Assembly (NCBI GenBank): GCA_963664305.2
Contig: CAXXLV010000001.1
Coordinates: 512,001 to 576,000, forward strand
DNA: 64,000 nt
Direction: 5' to 3'
Source: an uncultured Aliarcobacter sp.
Lineage (GTDB): Bacteria; Campylobacterota; Campylobacteria; Campylobacterales; Arcobacteraceae
Shown here: in pieces, positions 19,994-29,019 of the stretch
Layout: every line of letters starts with the position of its first letter
How positions within the stretch are numbered: the first letter of the stretch is position 1
Made by a program: the position numbers and the translations under genes
Notes under the pieces: generated by a model
Database searches by the model: none
Told to the model about the DNA's origin: nothing
The model's input: the letters and a program-made list of their open reading frames with translations, nothing else

Positions 19994-21738
19994 AAGTTTT
20001 TATTGATTATTTCTAAAAATTCTTTTGGATTTTTATATCCAACTATTTTTGATGCTTTTATTTCATTTTTGTTTTTATCCCAAAAAATTATTCCAGGAGG
20101 TCCTACTATTCCAAACATTTTTTGTAAAGCTTTATCATCATCATTATTAGCTGTTACATCAGCTTGTAAAAGGGTAAAACCTTGAAGTTTTTTGATAACC
20201 TCTTCATCTTTAAATGTTATCTCTTCAAATTCCTTACAAGCTACACACCAAGTAGCCCAAAAATCTAGCATCACTGGTTTATCTGATTCTTTTATTGCAA
20301 GTTCTAATTCTTGAATATTTTTTATTTTTTTAAACACTAATTTTTGAGTTGATATTTGCGTAACACCTGATGTGAATTTTTCCAATGGATTTAAAGGATT
20401 TGTTGCTCCACTTATTGCACCAATAAATAAAATTACTCCTAAAATAAAAATCACAACTGTAGCTAATTGAGCAATTATATGTTGATAGATTTTTAAATAA
20501 ATCGCACTTCCAAGAAGTAATAATGCCCATAAATACATAATTACTGTTGCATCTAAAACTCTATCAAGAAGCCAAATTGCAACTGCTAACATTACAATTC
20601 CAAATATTCTTGTTATGCTTTCCATCCAACCACCTGGTTTTGGCATAAATTTCCCAGCTCCAAGTCCAATTAAAAGTAAAGGTACACCCATTCCTAAACT
20701 CATAACAAAAAGAGCCAATCCTCCTAAAAGTGCATCACCTGTTTGCCCGATATACACTAAAGCACCTGCAAGTGGTGGAGCAACACAAGGTCCAACTATA
20801 AGTGCTGATAGGAATCCCATTATTGCAATTCCTATTACTCCTTGTTTTTCTTTTCCATCTGTAGTTTTATTAAGTTTAGTTTGTAAAGATTGTGGAAGTT
20901 TTATTTCAAAATATCCAAACATTGAAAAAGCAAGAGCCACAAAAATTAATGCAAAAACAACTAAAACATAAGGATTTTGAAGTGCTACTTGTAAATTTGC
21001 ACCAAAAACTCCTGCAATTACACCAGCAATTGTATATGCAATACTCATTGATAAAACATAAACTAATGAAAGAAAAAATCCCTTACTTGCAGTCATTTTT
21101 TCTTTTTGTGATGCACCAACAATTATTGAAGATAAAATAGGAATCATAGGGAAAACACAAGGTGTTAAAGCTAAAAGTAATCCAAATCCAAAAAATGTAA
21201 CTAACACTAAAAATAAATTTTTTTCTTTTAAACTATTTGCAATACTATCTGTTTCACTAATATTTATATTGGTTTCTATTTTTTGTTCAGACTCTTTTTT
21301 TGTTTCTACTTTTGTAGCAACATTTTCAAAAGTTAATTTATATTTTTCACTAATTGGTGCATAACAAAGCCCAAGTTTTGAACAACCTTGAAATTGTAAT
21401 TCAATTTCATATTCATTTGAATCAATTTTTGATTTTAATAAAGTAAAAGGAATAGTTAAATCTAAATGATTAAAATGTACAATAAATTCATCATAAGATA
21501 CAGGTTCAGGAATATTAGCTTCTTCTGTAATATCTATCTTTTGAGGTTTTGATATAAATACTTTTATCTTTTCATCATATAAATATATATCTTTACCCAA
21601 CTCTAATTTTATGTTTAAATTATCTTGATTTTTTGTAAAAGTTGTTTTAAATGCCTCTTCTGGTTCTAAAACTTTTGGATTTAAATCCAAAGAAAATGAA
21701 TATACAAAAACAAGTAAAAATAGCAGAATTTTTTTCAT
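19990..21738 (-). CDS. dsbD: Thiol:disulfide interchange protein DsbD
   Basis: Alpha domain FQGCSKLGLCYAP, TM domain TPCVFPMIPI and GPCVAPP, thioredoxin domain WCVACK. Confidence 0.96.
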   Translation of the reverse strand: MKKILLFLLVFVYSFSLDLNPKVLEPEEAFKTTFTKNQDNLNIKLELGKDIYLYDEKIKVFISKPQKIDITEEANIPEPVSYDEFIVHFNHLDLTIPFTLLKSKIDSNEYEIELQFQGCSKLGLCYAPISEKYKLTFENVATKVETKKESEQKIETNINISETDSIANSLKEKNLFLVLVTFFGFGLLLALTPCVFPMIPILSSIIVGASQKEKMTASKGFFLSLVYVLSMSIAYTIAGVIAGVFGANLQVALQNPYVLVVFALIFVALAFSMFGYFEIKLPQSLQTKLNKTTDGKEKQGVIGIAIMGFLSALIVGPCVAPPLAGALVYIGQTGDALLGGLALFVMSLGMGVPLLLIGLGAGKFMPKPGGWMESITRIFGIVMLAVAIWLLDRVLDATVIMYLWALLLLGSAIYLKIYQHIIAQLATVVIFILGVILFIGAISGATNPLNPLEKFTSGVTQISTQKLVFKKIKNIQELELAIKESDKPVMLDFWATWCVACKEFEEITFKDEEVIKKLQGFTLLQADVTANNDDDKALQKMFGIVGPPGIIFWDKNKNEIKASKIVGYKNPKEFLEIINKNF

Positions 21739-21748
21739 TGATTATCTT

Positions 21749-22111
21749 TTATTTAAAATTTTCTTGAGAAGTATAAAGTAACTCTTCTTTAGTTAAGATT
21801 CCAACATACTCTTTTATAGGTTTACCATCTTTAAAATAAAGAAGTGTAGGAAGTTTTGAAACTCCATATTTTTTAGCTAAAACATATTGTTCATCTATAT
21901 CAACTTTATAAATTTCAACATTATCAGGTTTAATAACATCAAAATCTTCCAAATTATTTGCTAATATTTTGCATGGTGGACACCATGAAGCGTAAAAATC
22001 AACTATTACATTTTTACCTTTAATTTTTGAATCAAAATTATCTATATTTAGATTTTCATATGCAAAAACAGAAATTACACTAAACAGTAGTGTAAAAATT
22101 ACCTTATTCAT
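21749..22111 (-). CDS. Exported thioredoxin-like protein (CPPC)
   Basis: Signal peptide; DFYASWCPPCK; LPTLL cis-Pro loop. Confidence 0.9.
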   Translation of the reverse strand: MNKVIFTLLFSVISVFAYENLNIDNFDSKIKGKNVIVDFYASWCPPCKILANNLEDFDVIKPDNVEIYKVDIDEQYVLAKKYGVSKLPTLLYFKDGKPIKEYVGILTKEELLYTSQENFK

Positions 22112-22254
22112 TATTTACCTTTTAAATTTTTTTAATTATATTTAATCTTTGTAAAGAGTTTGTTTATACAAATTTATAATTTTAAATTTATTTATATATA
22201 TAAGAATTTATTATATATTTTATGTTAATATCACATTTTACAAAGGATATTTTT

Positions 22255-22632
22255 ATGAATAAATTAGTTGATTTACAACCTAAAATAGTCGAAAAAATGA
22301 TAAATGATAATATAGTGATGATTGATGTAAGAAGACCAGATGAGTGGGCTAGAACTGGTGTCGTAAAAAATGCTCATTTAATTACTTTTTTTGATGAATT
22401 TGGTGATTACGATATAGAAAAATGGATGGGTGAATTTGAGAAATTAGTAACATCAAAAGACCAAACTTTTATTTTAATTTGTGCACATGCAAATAGAACT
22501 AGAAATATAGGAAATTTTTTAATAGAACAAGGTTATAAAAATTGTGCACATTTATTTGGAGGAATGGCTTTATGGCAGCAGGAACAAAGAGAAACTGTTC
22601 CTTATAAACTTTTTTCAAAATTAGGAGTTTAA
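22255..22632 (+). CDS. Single-domain rhodanese
   Basis: IDVRRPDEW..TG, active-site loop ICAHANRT, HLFGGM..W. AAGGA RBS favours the ATG at 22255. Confidence 0.88.
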   Translation: MNKLVDLQPKIVEKMINDNIVMIDVRRPDEWARTGVVKNAHLITFFDEFGDYDIEKWMGEFEKLVTSKDQTFILICAHANRTRNIGNFLIEQGYKNCAHLFGGMALWQQEQRETVPYKLFSKLGV

Positions 22633-22642
22633 AAAACTCCTA
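22622..22642. terminator. Probable bidirectional terminator between rhodanese and rimK
   Basis: taggagttt-aaa-aaactccta. Confidence 0.6.
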
Positions 22643-23572
22643 TGCCCCAATATTATCTTTTTTGATTTTTCTTTTTTGAGGGTTAATTGCACATCTTGGT
22701 TTTACACTTTTTTCAATATAATCCATAATTTTTGCAGCAATATTTATATTTGTAGATTTTTCAATTCCTTCTAAACCTGGACTTGAATTTACTTCCATTA
22801 CAAGTGGTCCTCTACTTGATGGTATCATATCAACTCCACAAACTCCAAGCCCCATAGCTTTAGCTGCTGCAATTGCTGTTGCTTTTTCTTTTCTATTTAA
22901 TTTATAAGCTGTTGCACTTCCACCTTGATGTAAGTTTGACCTAAAATCTCCCTCTGCACCTTGTCTTTTCATTGCTCCAACTACTTCATTATTCACAACA
23001 AATGCTCTAATATCAGCTCCACCTGCTTCTTCAATATACTCTTGAACAAGTAAATTTACATCCATTCCATAAAAGGCATCAAGAACTGATTTTGCAGCTT
23101 TTTCACTATCTACTAAAACTACTCCAACACCTTGAGTTCCCTCTAAAATTTTTAAAACTAAAGGTGCTCCACCACTTAAAGCTATTACATCTTTTGCATT
23201 TGATTTATTTGAAGCAAAAACTGTTCTTGGCATATCAACACCATTTCTTGATAACACTTGCAAACTTCTTAATTTATCTCTACTTCTTGTAAGAGCTAAA
23301 TTTCCTGTTGTACTAAATACATCTAACATCTCAAAGTGTCGCACCATTGCTGTACCATAAAATGTTCTGCTTGCGCCAATTCTAGGAATAATTGCATCAG
23401 GAGGAGGTAAAACTTTACCTTCATAATTTACAACTAATTCACCTTTCATAATTTCAATAGTACATTTTAGATAGTCAATTACTTTTACTTCCCAGCCTTT
23501 GTTATTTGCCTCTTCAACTAATCTTTTTGTTGAATACAAATCTTTATTTCTTGATAATATATAAATCCTCAT
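22640..23572 (-). CDS. rimK: RimK family ATP-grasp alpha-L-glutamate ligase
   Basis: LYSTKRL, IPRIGAS, RSRDKLRSLQ, GTQGVGV, FRSNLHQGG, EVNSSPGLEGIE. Confidence 0.95.
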   Translation of the reverse strand: MRIYILSRNKDLYSTKRLVEEANNKGWEVKVIDYLKCTIEIMKGELVVNYEGKVLPPPDAIIPRIGASRTFYGTAMVRHFEMLDVFSTTGNLALTRSRDKLRSLQVLSRNGVDMPRTVFASNKSNAKDVIALSGGAPLVLKILEGTQGVGVVLVDSEKAAKSVLDAFYGMDVNLLVQEYIEEAGGADIRAFVVNNEVVGAMKRQGAEGDFRSNLHQGGSATAYKLNRKEKATAIAAAKAMGLGVCGVDMIPSSRGPLVMEVNSSPGLEGIEKSTNINIAAKIMDYIEKSVKPRCAINPQKRKIKKDNIGA

Positions 23573-23584
23573 AGGAACCTTCTT

Positions 23585-24010
23585 TTATATAACTTTTGTT
23601 AGATATTCTTTTGAAACATCAACTAGGAATCTATTAACTAAAAATTTTCTACCAATTAACATTGGATATTTCATATCTGACCTATCTGTTAATGATATAT
23701 CTGTTTTATATTTTTTTCCAAAAAAAGAGACTGTTACTTGAATAGTTGCTCTTAATTGAACTGTTCCATTTGAACTTTTTACTTTTTTTAATTTGTAAAG
23801 TGGCATTACTAATTTTTTTCCATGATAGGCAGGATGAACTTCATCTAATAATTTAAAAGTTACAAGTTTATTTTCATTGTCAATAATAATATCATCGCAA
23901 TGTAGTGAGTTTGAGTCAGCTCCAGTATCAATTTTAGCATCTAAACCAAATAGTTCTAAATCTAAAATATCAACTATTTCTCTTTTTCCTATAATCTTTT
24001 TTTGTGACAT
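23585..24010 (-). CDS. RimK-associated retropepsin-like protease (Zn_protease family)
   Basis: AKIDTGADSNSLH, SSNG, LTDRSDMKYPMLIGR. Confidence 0.9.
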   Translation of the reverse strand: MSQKKIIGKREIVDILDLELFGLDAKIDTGADSNSLHCDDIIIDNENKLVTFKLLDEVHPAYHGKKLVMPLYKLKKVKSSNGTVQLRATIQVTVSFFGKKYKTDISLTDRSDMKYPMLIGRKFLVNRFLVDVSKEYLTKVI

Positions 24011-24068
24011 AATTTACCTCTTAAAAAGCTAATTATATCACAAAACTATTCCAGAAAAATTACAAAAT

Positions 24069-24293
24069 TTACTTTTTAGCTTCTAAAGCCTTTTGTAAAA
24101 TAGAAATAACTTCTTCTAAGTTTTCATAAGGGATGTGAGATTTCCATTGGATATCTTGTCCATTTAATGAAATACCGATACTTACGATATCTGGAGTATC
24201 TTTTCCATAAGGTTCAGTTACATTTGAGATAGAAATTTTTCCTTTTTTAGTACCAGAAAGTGCTATTGTTCCTAATTCAGTAATTGTAGACAT
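24069..24293 (-). CDS. Small hypothetical protein
   Basis: 74-aa ORF with AAGGA RBS and protein-like composition. Confidence 0.75.
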   Translation of the reverse strand: MSTITELGTIALSGTKKGKISISNVTEPYGKDTPDIVSIGISLNGQDIQWKSHIPYENLEEVISILQKALEAKK

Positions 24294-24351
24294 GTTAATC
24301 CTTTATTATTTTAATTCTATTGTACAAAAATAAACCTTTGTTTAATTAAAA

Positions 24352-26397
24352 TTACTCAATTTTTAACGAAGGTTCACCCAAATAAAAACCTTGGAATTCA
24401 TCAATACCTAAATCTAAAAGATTTTCATATACTTCTTTTGAATGTACAAATTCTGCAACAACTTTTATATTTAGAGCTTTTGAAAAGTCAACAATTGATT
24501 TTACCATTTCATAAGAGTTTTTGTCATTATTAATATTTTTTATTAAAGAACCATCAATTTTTATATAGTTTGGTCTTATTTTTAAAATATGTGCAAAGTT
24601 TGAATATCCTGTTCCAAAATCATCAATTGCTATTTTTATACCTTGTTTTCTATACTTTAAAATAAAATCTTCTAATAAAGTATAATCACTAATATAATCA
24701 CTCTCTAAAATTTCAAATACTACTCTTTGTTTATTTTCACTCTCTAATTTGTCAATATTTTTATCCAATGAAATGATAAAATCACTATCTAAAATATCTT
24801 TAAAACTTAAGTTAAATGTTATTTGTCTCGTAGTTTTAGATAAATCTGTAAATGCTTTTGAAATAATTTGATTTGACAATTGTAAATATTGTTTTGTTTT
24901 AACTGAAATATCTAAGAATAAATAAGGGCTTAAATAAACTGTTTCACCTTTTTCATTTACATCTTTTATTCTCATTAGAGTTTCATATTTTATAATTTCA
25001 TTATTTCTATTAAATATTGGTTGATAAAAAGGTACAACATTATCTTCTTCAATTGCTGTTTTAATCTTTTCTCGCCAATACATAGATTTTTTAATTATCT
25101 CTTTTGTATCTATCTCATTGTTATAAACAAAAAATTTCATATTTGCTTTTTTTGCTTTTTTAAGAGCAATTGTTGCTGCTTTTATTGGTTCATCTTGAGC
25201 AATTGATATACCTAAAGTGATATTAATGAAAACATCAATATCTAACTCTTCTATTCTAATTGGTCTGTTTTTAAATATTGTACAAAGTTCACTAATAAAC
25301 TCATCATACTTTGTAAAACCCATCATTTTTTTATCAGCTAAACAAAATACATTTCCATAAATTCTATATGGAGTTACACTATATTTAGTTGCAAATTCAT
25401 TTAATATTTTTGCAACTTCAATTAATACTAAATTTCCTGTAGAAAAACCATATAATTCATTTATATCACCAAAAGCATCAACATCAATCAAAGCAATAGA
25501 TACAAAGTCACTATCTTTTATGTCATCTTCTAAAGCTGTTCTATTTTTTAAGTTTGTTAAGTCATCAAAATATAATCTATCTTGAATCTCTTTTGTTTTA
25601 ACTTGAACTTGTTCTTCAAAGTTTTTTCTATTATTTTCAACTTGGTCAAGTAGTGTATTAAATTGTGTTGCTAAGAAACCTATTTCATCTTTTGATTTTA
25701 TTCCATTATCAAACTCTGGAGTAACATTTGCTTTTTGAACTTCTTCAAACATTTTATTAATTGGAGCAATTACTTTTACACTGATTATAATTGCAATAAT
25801 TGCTAAAACACCAAATAAAACCATTGAAATACTAAGTATTAAAGAGTTTGTTCCTTCTATAAAACTTGAAAAATCCTCTTTATAAATACTTGAAACTATA
25901 TACCAATCTAATTTTGGATTATATTCAACCCAAGACAATTTTTCATAAGCATAATTATATGGGTCATAAATTCTATTCCAATCATATTCAAAAACTTTTC
26001 TTTCACTATATGCTTTTTTTAATTCAGTAAATAGATTTCTTTTTTCCATTTCTGGAATTTCAATATTATTAAACTCTTTTGATGAAAACTCACCACTTGG
26101 GTCAAATATAATTTTTCCATTGCTATCAAAAATAAACGCATATCCAGATTTTCCTAAAGTTATTCCAGATAATAATAACTGAACCTCTTTGGCAAAATTT
26201 TCTTTGTCATTTATATTTCTAGATTTTTCATTTATTACTGAAACTATTCTATCAAATTGAATTTTTGAATTATTTATTTCTGTATTTGTTAAGAAGTTAT
26301 TTATTTTTGGAGACAAAAAGAAAACAACAAAAAACAGATAAGACAAAAGCCCTAAGATAAACAACCAAGCAATTTTCAGAAAAATTCTAGTATTCAT
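24352..26397 (-). CDS. Cache-HAMP-GGDEF(degenerate)-EAL protein, probable c-di-GMP phosphodiesterase
   Basis: Two TM segments, Cache-like GYAFIFD, HAMP DEIGFLA; GGDEF site replaced by YGNVF; ETLMR and DDFGTGYSN intact. Confidence 0.88.
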   Translation of the reverse strand: MNTRIFLKIAWLFILGLLSYLFFVVFFLSPKINNFLTNTEINNSKIQFDRIVSVINEKSRNINDKENFAKEVQLLLSGITLGKSGYAFIFDSNGKIIFDPSGEFSSKEFNNIEIPEMEKRNLFTELKKAYSERKVFEYDWNRIYDPYNYAYEKLSWVEYNPKLDWYIVSSIYKEDFSSFIEGTNSLILSISMVLFGVLAIIAIIISVKVIAPINKMFEEVQKANVTPEFDNGIKSKDEIGFLATQFNTLLDQVENNRKNFEEQVQVKTKEIQDRLYFDDLTNLKNRTALEDDIKDSDFVSIALIDVDAFGDINELYGFSTGNLVLIEVAKILNEFATKYSVTPYRIYGNVFCLADKKMMGFTKYDEFISELCTIFKNRPIRIEELDIDVFINITLGISIAQDEPIKAATIALKKAKKANMKFFVYNNEIDTKEIIKKSMYWREKIKTAIEEDNVVPFYQPIFNRNNEIIKYETLMRIKDVNEKGETVYLSPYLFLDISVKTKQYLQLSNQIISKAFTDLSKTTRQITFNLSFKDILDSDFIISLDKNIDKLESENKQRVVFEILESDYISDYTLLEDFILKYRKQGIKIAIDDFGTGYSNFAHILKIRPNYIKIDGSLIKNINNDKNSYEMVKSIVDFSKALNIKVVAEFVHSKEVYENLLDLGIDEFQGFYLGEPSLKIE

Positions 26398-26414
26398 AAC
26401 TCTCTTCTTTTATT

Positions 26415-27218
26415 TTATATTTTTGCTATTTTTTGACCAAATTTAACATTTTGATTTAATAGATTGTCAATCTCTACAGAATCTTTTTCCCAAATAATAA
26501 CAACAGTTGAACCCATTTTAAAGTAACCTAAACATTCACCTTTTGTTATTTCAATATTCTCATATGTATAAACTTTTATCTCTTTTGTATCTGTATTTGT
26601 TTCAACTCTGTTTTCAAATTCAAATACCATTTGTCCAACATTTAAAGCTCCAACAAAAACCATATAAAAAAGTTTTCCATTGTTTTCACACTCTAAAATT
26701 ACTCTTTCATTTTGTACAAAAAGTTCAAACTCTTTGTTTAGATATTTTAAATTTACAGGGTAAAGTTTTCCTGGAACATGAATTAATTTTTTTAATTTAA
26801 AATTACATGGTGCATGATATCTATGATAATCTTTTGGAGATAAATAAAAATTCATAAATGAACCATCTTTTAATCTCTCAAAATTATCTGTACAGTAAAA
26901 AGTTAATAACTCTTCAACACTATACTCCATACCTTTTATTTGTAATGCAATATCATCTCTTAAAGTTCCACATTCTGTGATTAAACTATCTGTTGGAGAA
27001 ATAATCGTATTTATATCTTTATCAATTTCTCTTTTGATTATTAATTCTCTTGTAAATAAATCATTTAAAGATTTATAATATCTTGCATTTTTAAATTCAC
27101 TCATGTTAAGTCCCATCAGTTTTACATAACTTGCATTTATAATTTTTTGAATAAATGTTGGGAATTCATTTTTAGCGAACTTTCCAAAATATTGAGAAAT
27201 TAGATTTGTAATGTGCAT
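26415..27218 (-). CDS. psd: Phosphatidylserine decarboxylase proenzyme
   Basis: LNDLFTR, YLSPKDYHRYHAP, NERV, VGALNVG, FKMGSTV cleavage motif. Confidence 0.96.
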   Translation of the reverse strand: MHITNLISQYFGKFAKNEFPTFIQKIINASYVKLMGLNMSEFKNARYYKSLNDLFTRELIIKREIDKDINTIISPTDSLITECGTLRDDIALQIKGMEYSVEELLTFYCTDNFERLKDGSFMNFYLSPKDYHRYHAPCNFKLKKLIHVPGKLYPVNLKYLNKEFELFVQNERVILECENNGKLFYMVFVGALNVGQMVFEFENRVETNTDTKEIKVYTYENIEITKGECLGYFKMGSTVVIIWEKDSVEIDNLLNQNVKFGQKIAKI

Positions 27219-27341
27219 TATTTTCCTTTTAGTTAATCAGTTAAGATATTATTTTATCCTTTTTTTCTTCTTAAATTGCTTTAATAGAAATTTGGATAGT
27301 CTTCCACTTTAATTTTAACAATTTTTATAAGGATATTTTTA

Positions 27342-27584
27342 ATGTACAAAATAGTTGTAGCAAACCAATGTGGATGCTTCAAAAATTCAAATTTACAAAA
27401 TAATTTAACTTTTGAATCAAAAGATGAAGCATTAACAAAAGCAATAGAAATGAGAAATATTATGAATAATGAATTCTGTAAAAAACACTCTTTTGAACTT
27501 CAAGAGATGTTTAACAACTTTGTTATTTCATTTTATAAAGAAGAGGTAAAACCTGATTGCTGTGGAAATGGTTGTTGCATGTAA
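27342..27584 (+). CDS. Small Cys-rich hypothetical protein
   Basis: AAGGA RBS; QCGCF, FCKKH, C-terminal CCGNGCC. Confidence 0.8.
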   Translation: MYKIVVANQCGCFKNSNLQNNLTFESKDEALTKAIEMRNIMNNEFCKKHSFELQEMFNNFVISFYKEEVKPDCCGNGCCM

Positions 27585-27594
27585 GCAACAACTA
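27569..27594. terminator. Bidirectional terminator between the Cys-rich ORF and mltA
   Basis: tggttgttgc-atgtaa-gcaacaacta followed by a T run. Confidence 0.65.
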
Positions 27595-28710
27595 TTTTTT
27601 AGGAACTAAAATATACATTTTCCCTTTTTCTTTCATTCTTCCAGCATATTCAAAAGCCTGAGGTCCAAATCCCCAGAAAAAATCAGCTCTAATTTCACCT
27701 TTTATAGCACCACCAACATCAGCAGCAACCATCAATTGATTTATTGGATTTTTTGTAATTGGATTTTTTGTATTTAAAAATATTGGCATTCCAAGAGGAA
27801 TATAACTCCTATCAACTGCTAAATTTCTTTTTGCTGTTAATACACTACCAAGACTTCCTTTTGCTCCATTTTCAGAAACTTTAAAAAATATATAACTCGG
27901 ATTTATATTCAAAACTTCATCAATCTTTGATGGATTTTTTATAAAGAACTCTTTCATTCCTTGAACTGATAAATCATTTTTAGTTAAATAGCCTTTTTCA
28001 AGCATATAATTACCAATTCCTATATATGGCCAACCGTTTTGTTCTGCGTAACCGACATTAATCAATTTTCCATTATCCAATCGAATTTTTCCTGAACCTT
28101 GAATATGGAGAAAAAATAAATCATATTTATCATCAACGTATGCAATTACTTCTAAATTTGGGTTTTTAGGATTTTCTTCTATCTCTTTTCTTGTATCGTA
28201 AGGAACTATTTTATTGCCAACAATTTTTCCTCTTGATTTGTAATTTTTAACATTTTCATCATCAGATAAAATCAAATTTTTTGGGATTTTATAAACAGGA
28301 TATTTATATTTTTTTGTTTTTTTCAAACTTCCATATAAAAGTGGCTCATAATAACCAGTGATAATTCCTTCATCACTTGATTTACTATCATAAAGTTTGT
28401 ATGGTTGAAAGTTTGTTATAAAAAATTTTCTTCCATCTTTTTCAGATTCAGCTTTTTGACAAACTGTTTCAAATAACTCATATCTTTTTGATTTTTTACA
28501 ATCTTTTTTAAATACTTCTAAAGCATAATCTAAATCGTCTTCAAAAAATCCCTCAATATCTATAAAAGATGCGAGTTCCATTCTATTTATTTGTTCTTTT
28601 TGTTCTACGGTTGTCTCTTTTTTAATTTCACTTTTTTCAATTAGCTCTTTTTTTGTTGAACATGCTGTTACAAAAAATAAAACAAAAAGAATAAATACTA
28701 AGTTTTTCAT
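27592..28710 (-). CDS. mltA: Membrane-bound lytic murein transglycosylase A (lipoprotein)
   Basis: Lipobox VTAC; TGYYEP, FFLHIQGSG, NPSYIFF, AVD, DVGGAIKG, DFFWG. Confidence 0.95.
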   Translation of the reverse strand: MKNLVFILFVLFFVTACSTKKELIEKSEIKKETTVEQKEQINRMELASFIDIEGFFEDDLDYALEVFKKDCKKSKRYELFETVCQKAESEKDGRKFFITNFQPYKLYDSKSSDEGIITGYYEPLLYGSLKKTKKYKYPVYKIPKNLILSDDENVKNYKSRGKIVGNKIVPYDTRKEIEENPKNPNLEVIAYVDDKYDLFFLHIQGSGKIRLDNGKLINVGYAEQNGWPYIGIGNYMLEKGYLTKNDLSVQGMKEFFIKNPSKIDEVLNINPSYIFFKVSENGAKGSLGSVLTAKRNLAVDRSYIPLGMPIFLNTKNPITKNPINQLMVAADVGGAIKGEIRADFFWGFGPQAFEYAGRMKEKGKMYILVPKK

Positions 28711-29009
28711 TAATTACAATAAGATGAAGAATTTATGGGATGAACTTCTTTTAAACCACAATTTGAGCAAGTAAATTCTATCTCTTTTACTCCTGAACAA
28801 CCATGGTCTTTTAAAACTCTACTGCTAATTATTTCATGGGTAAAAGTTGTATTACTGTTTTTGTCAAAAAAAGTTTTTGTTTTTTGTTTACAAGTTGGGC
28901 ATTCACCACTAAGAAGTAAACTTAATCTATTTTTTTTAGTATTAAAATATAAAAGGACAGAAAATATTGAAATAAGAAAAGCTATAAGTAAGAAAATTAT
29001 AGTTTGCAT
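28710..29009 (-). CDS. Membrane-anchored Zn-ribbon-like small protein
   Basis: N-terminal TM; CPTC, HGC, CSNC; lies between dnaK and mltA. Confidence 0.75.
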   Translation of the reverse strand: MQTIIFLLIAFLISIFSVLLYFNTKKNRLSLLLSGECPTCKQKTKTFFDKNSNTTFTHEIISSRVLKDHGCSGVKEIEFTCSNCGLKEVHPINSSSYCN

Positions 29010-29019
29010 GAAGTAGAGA

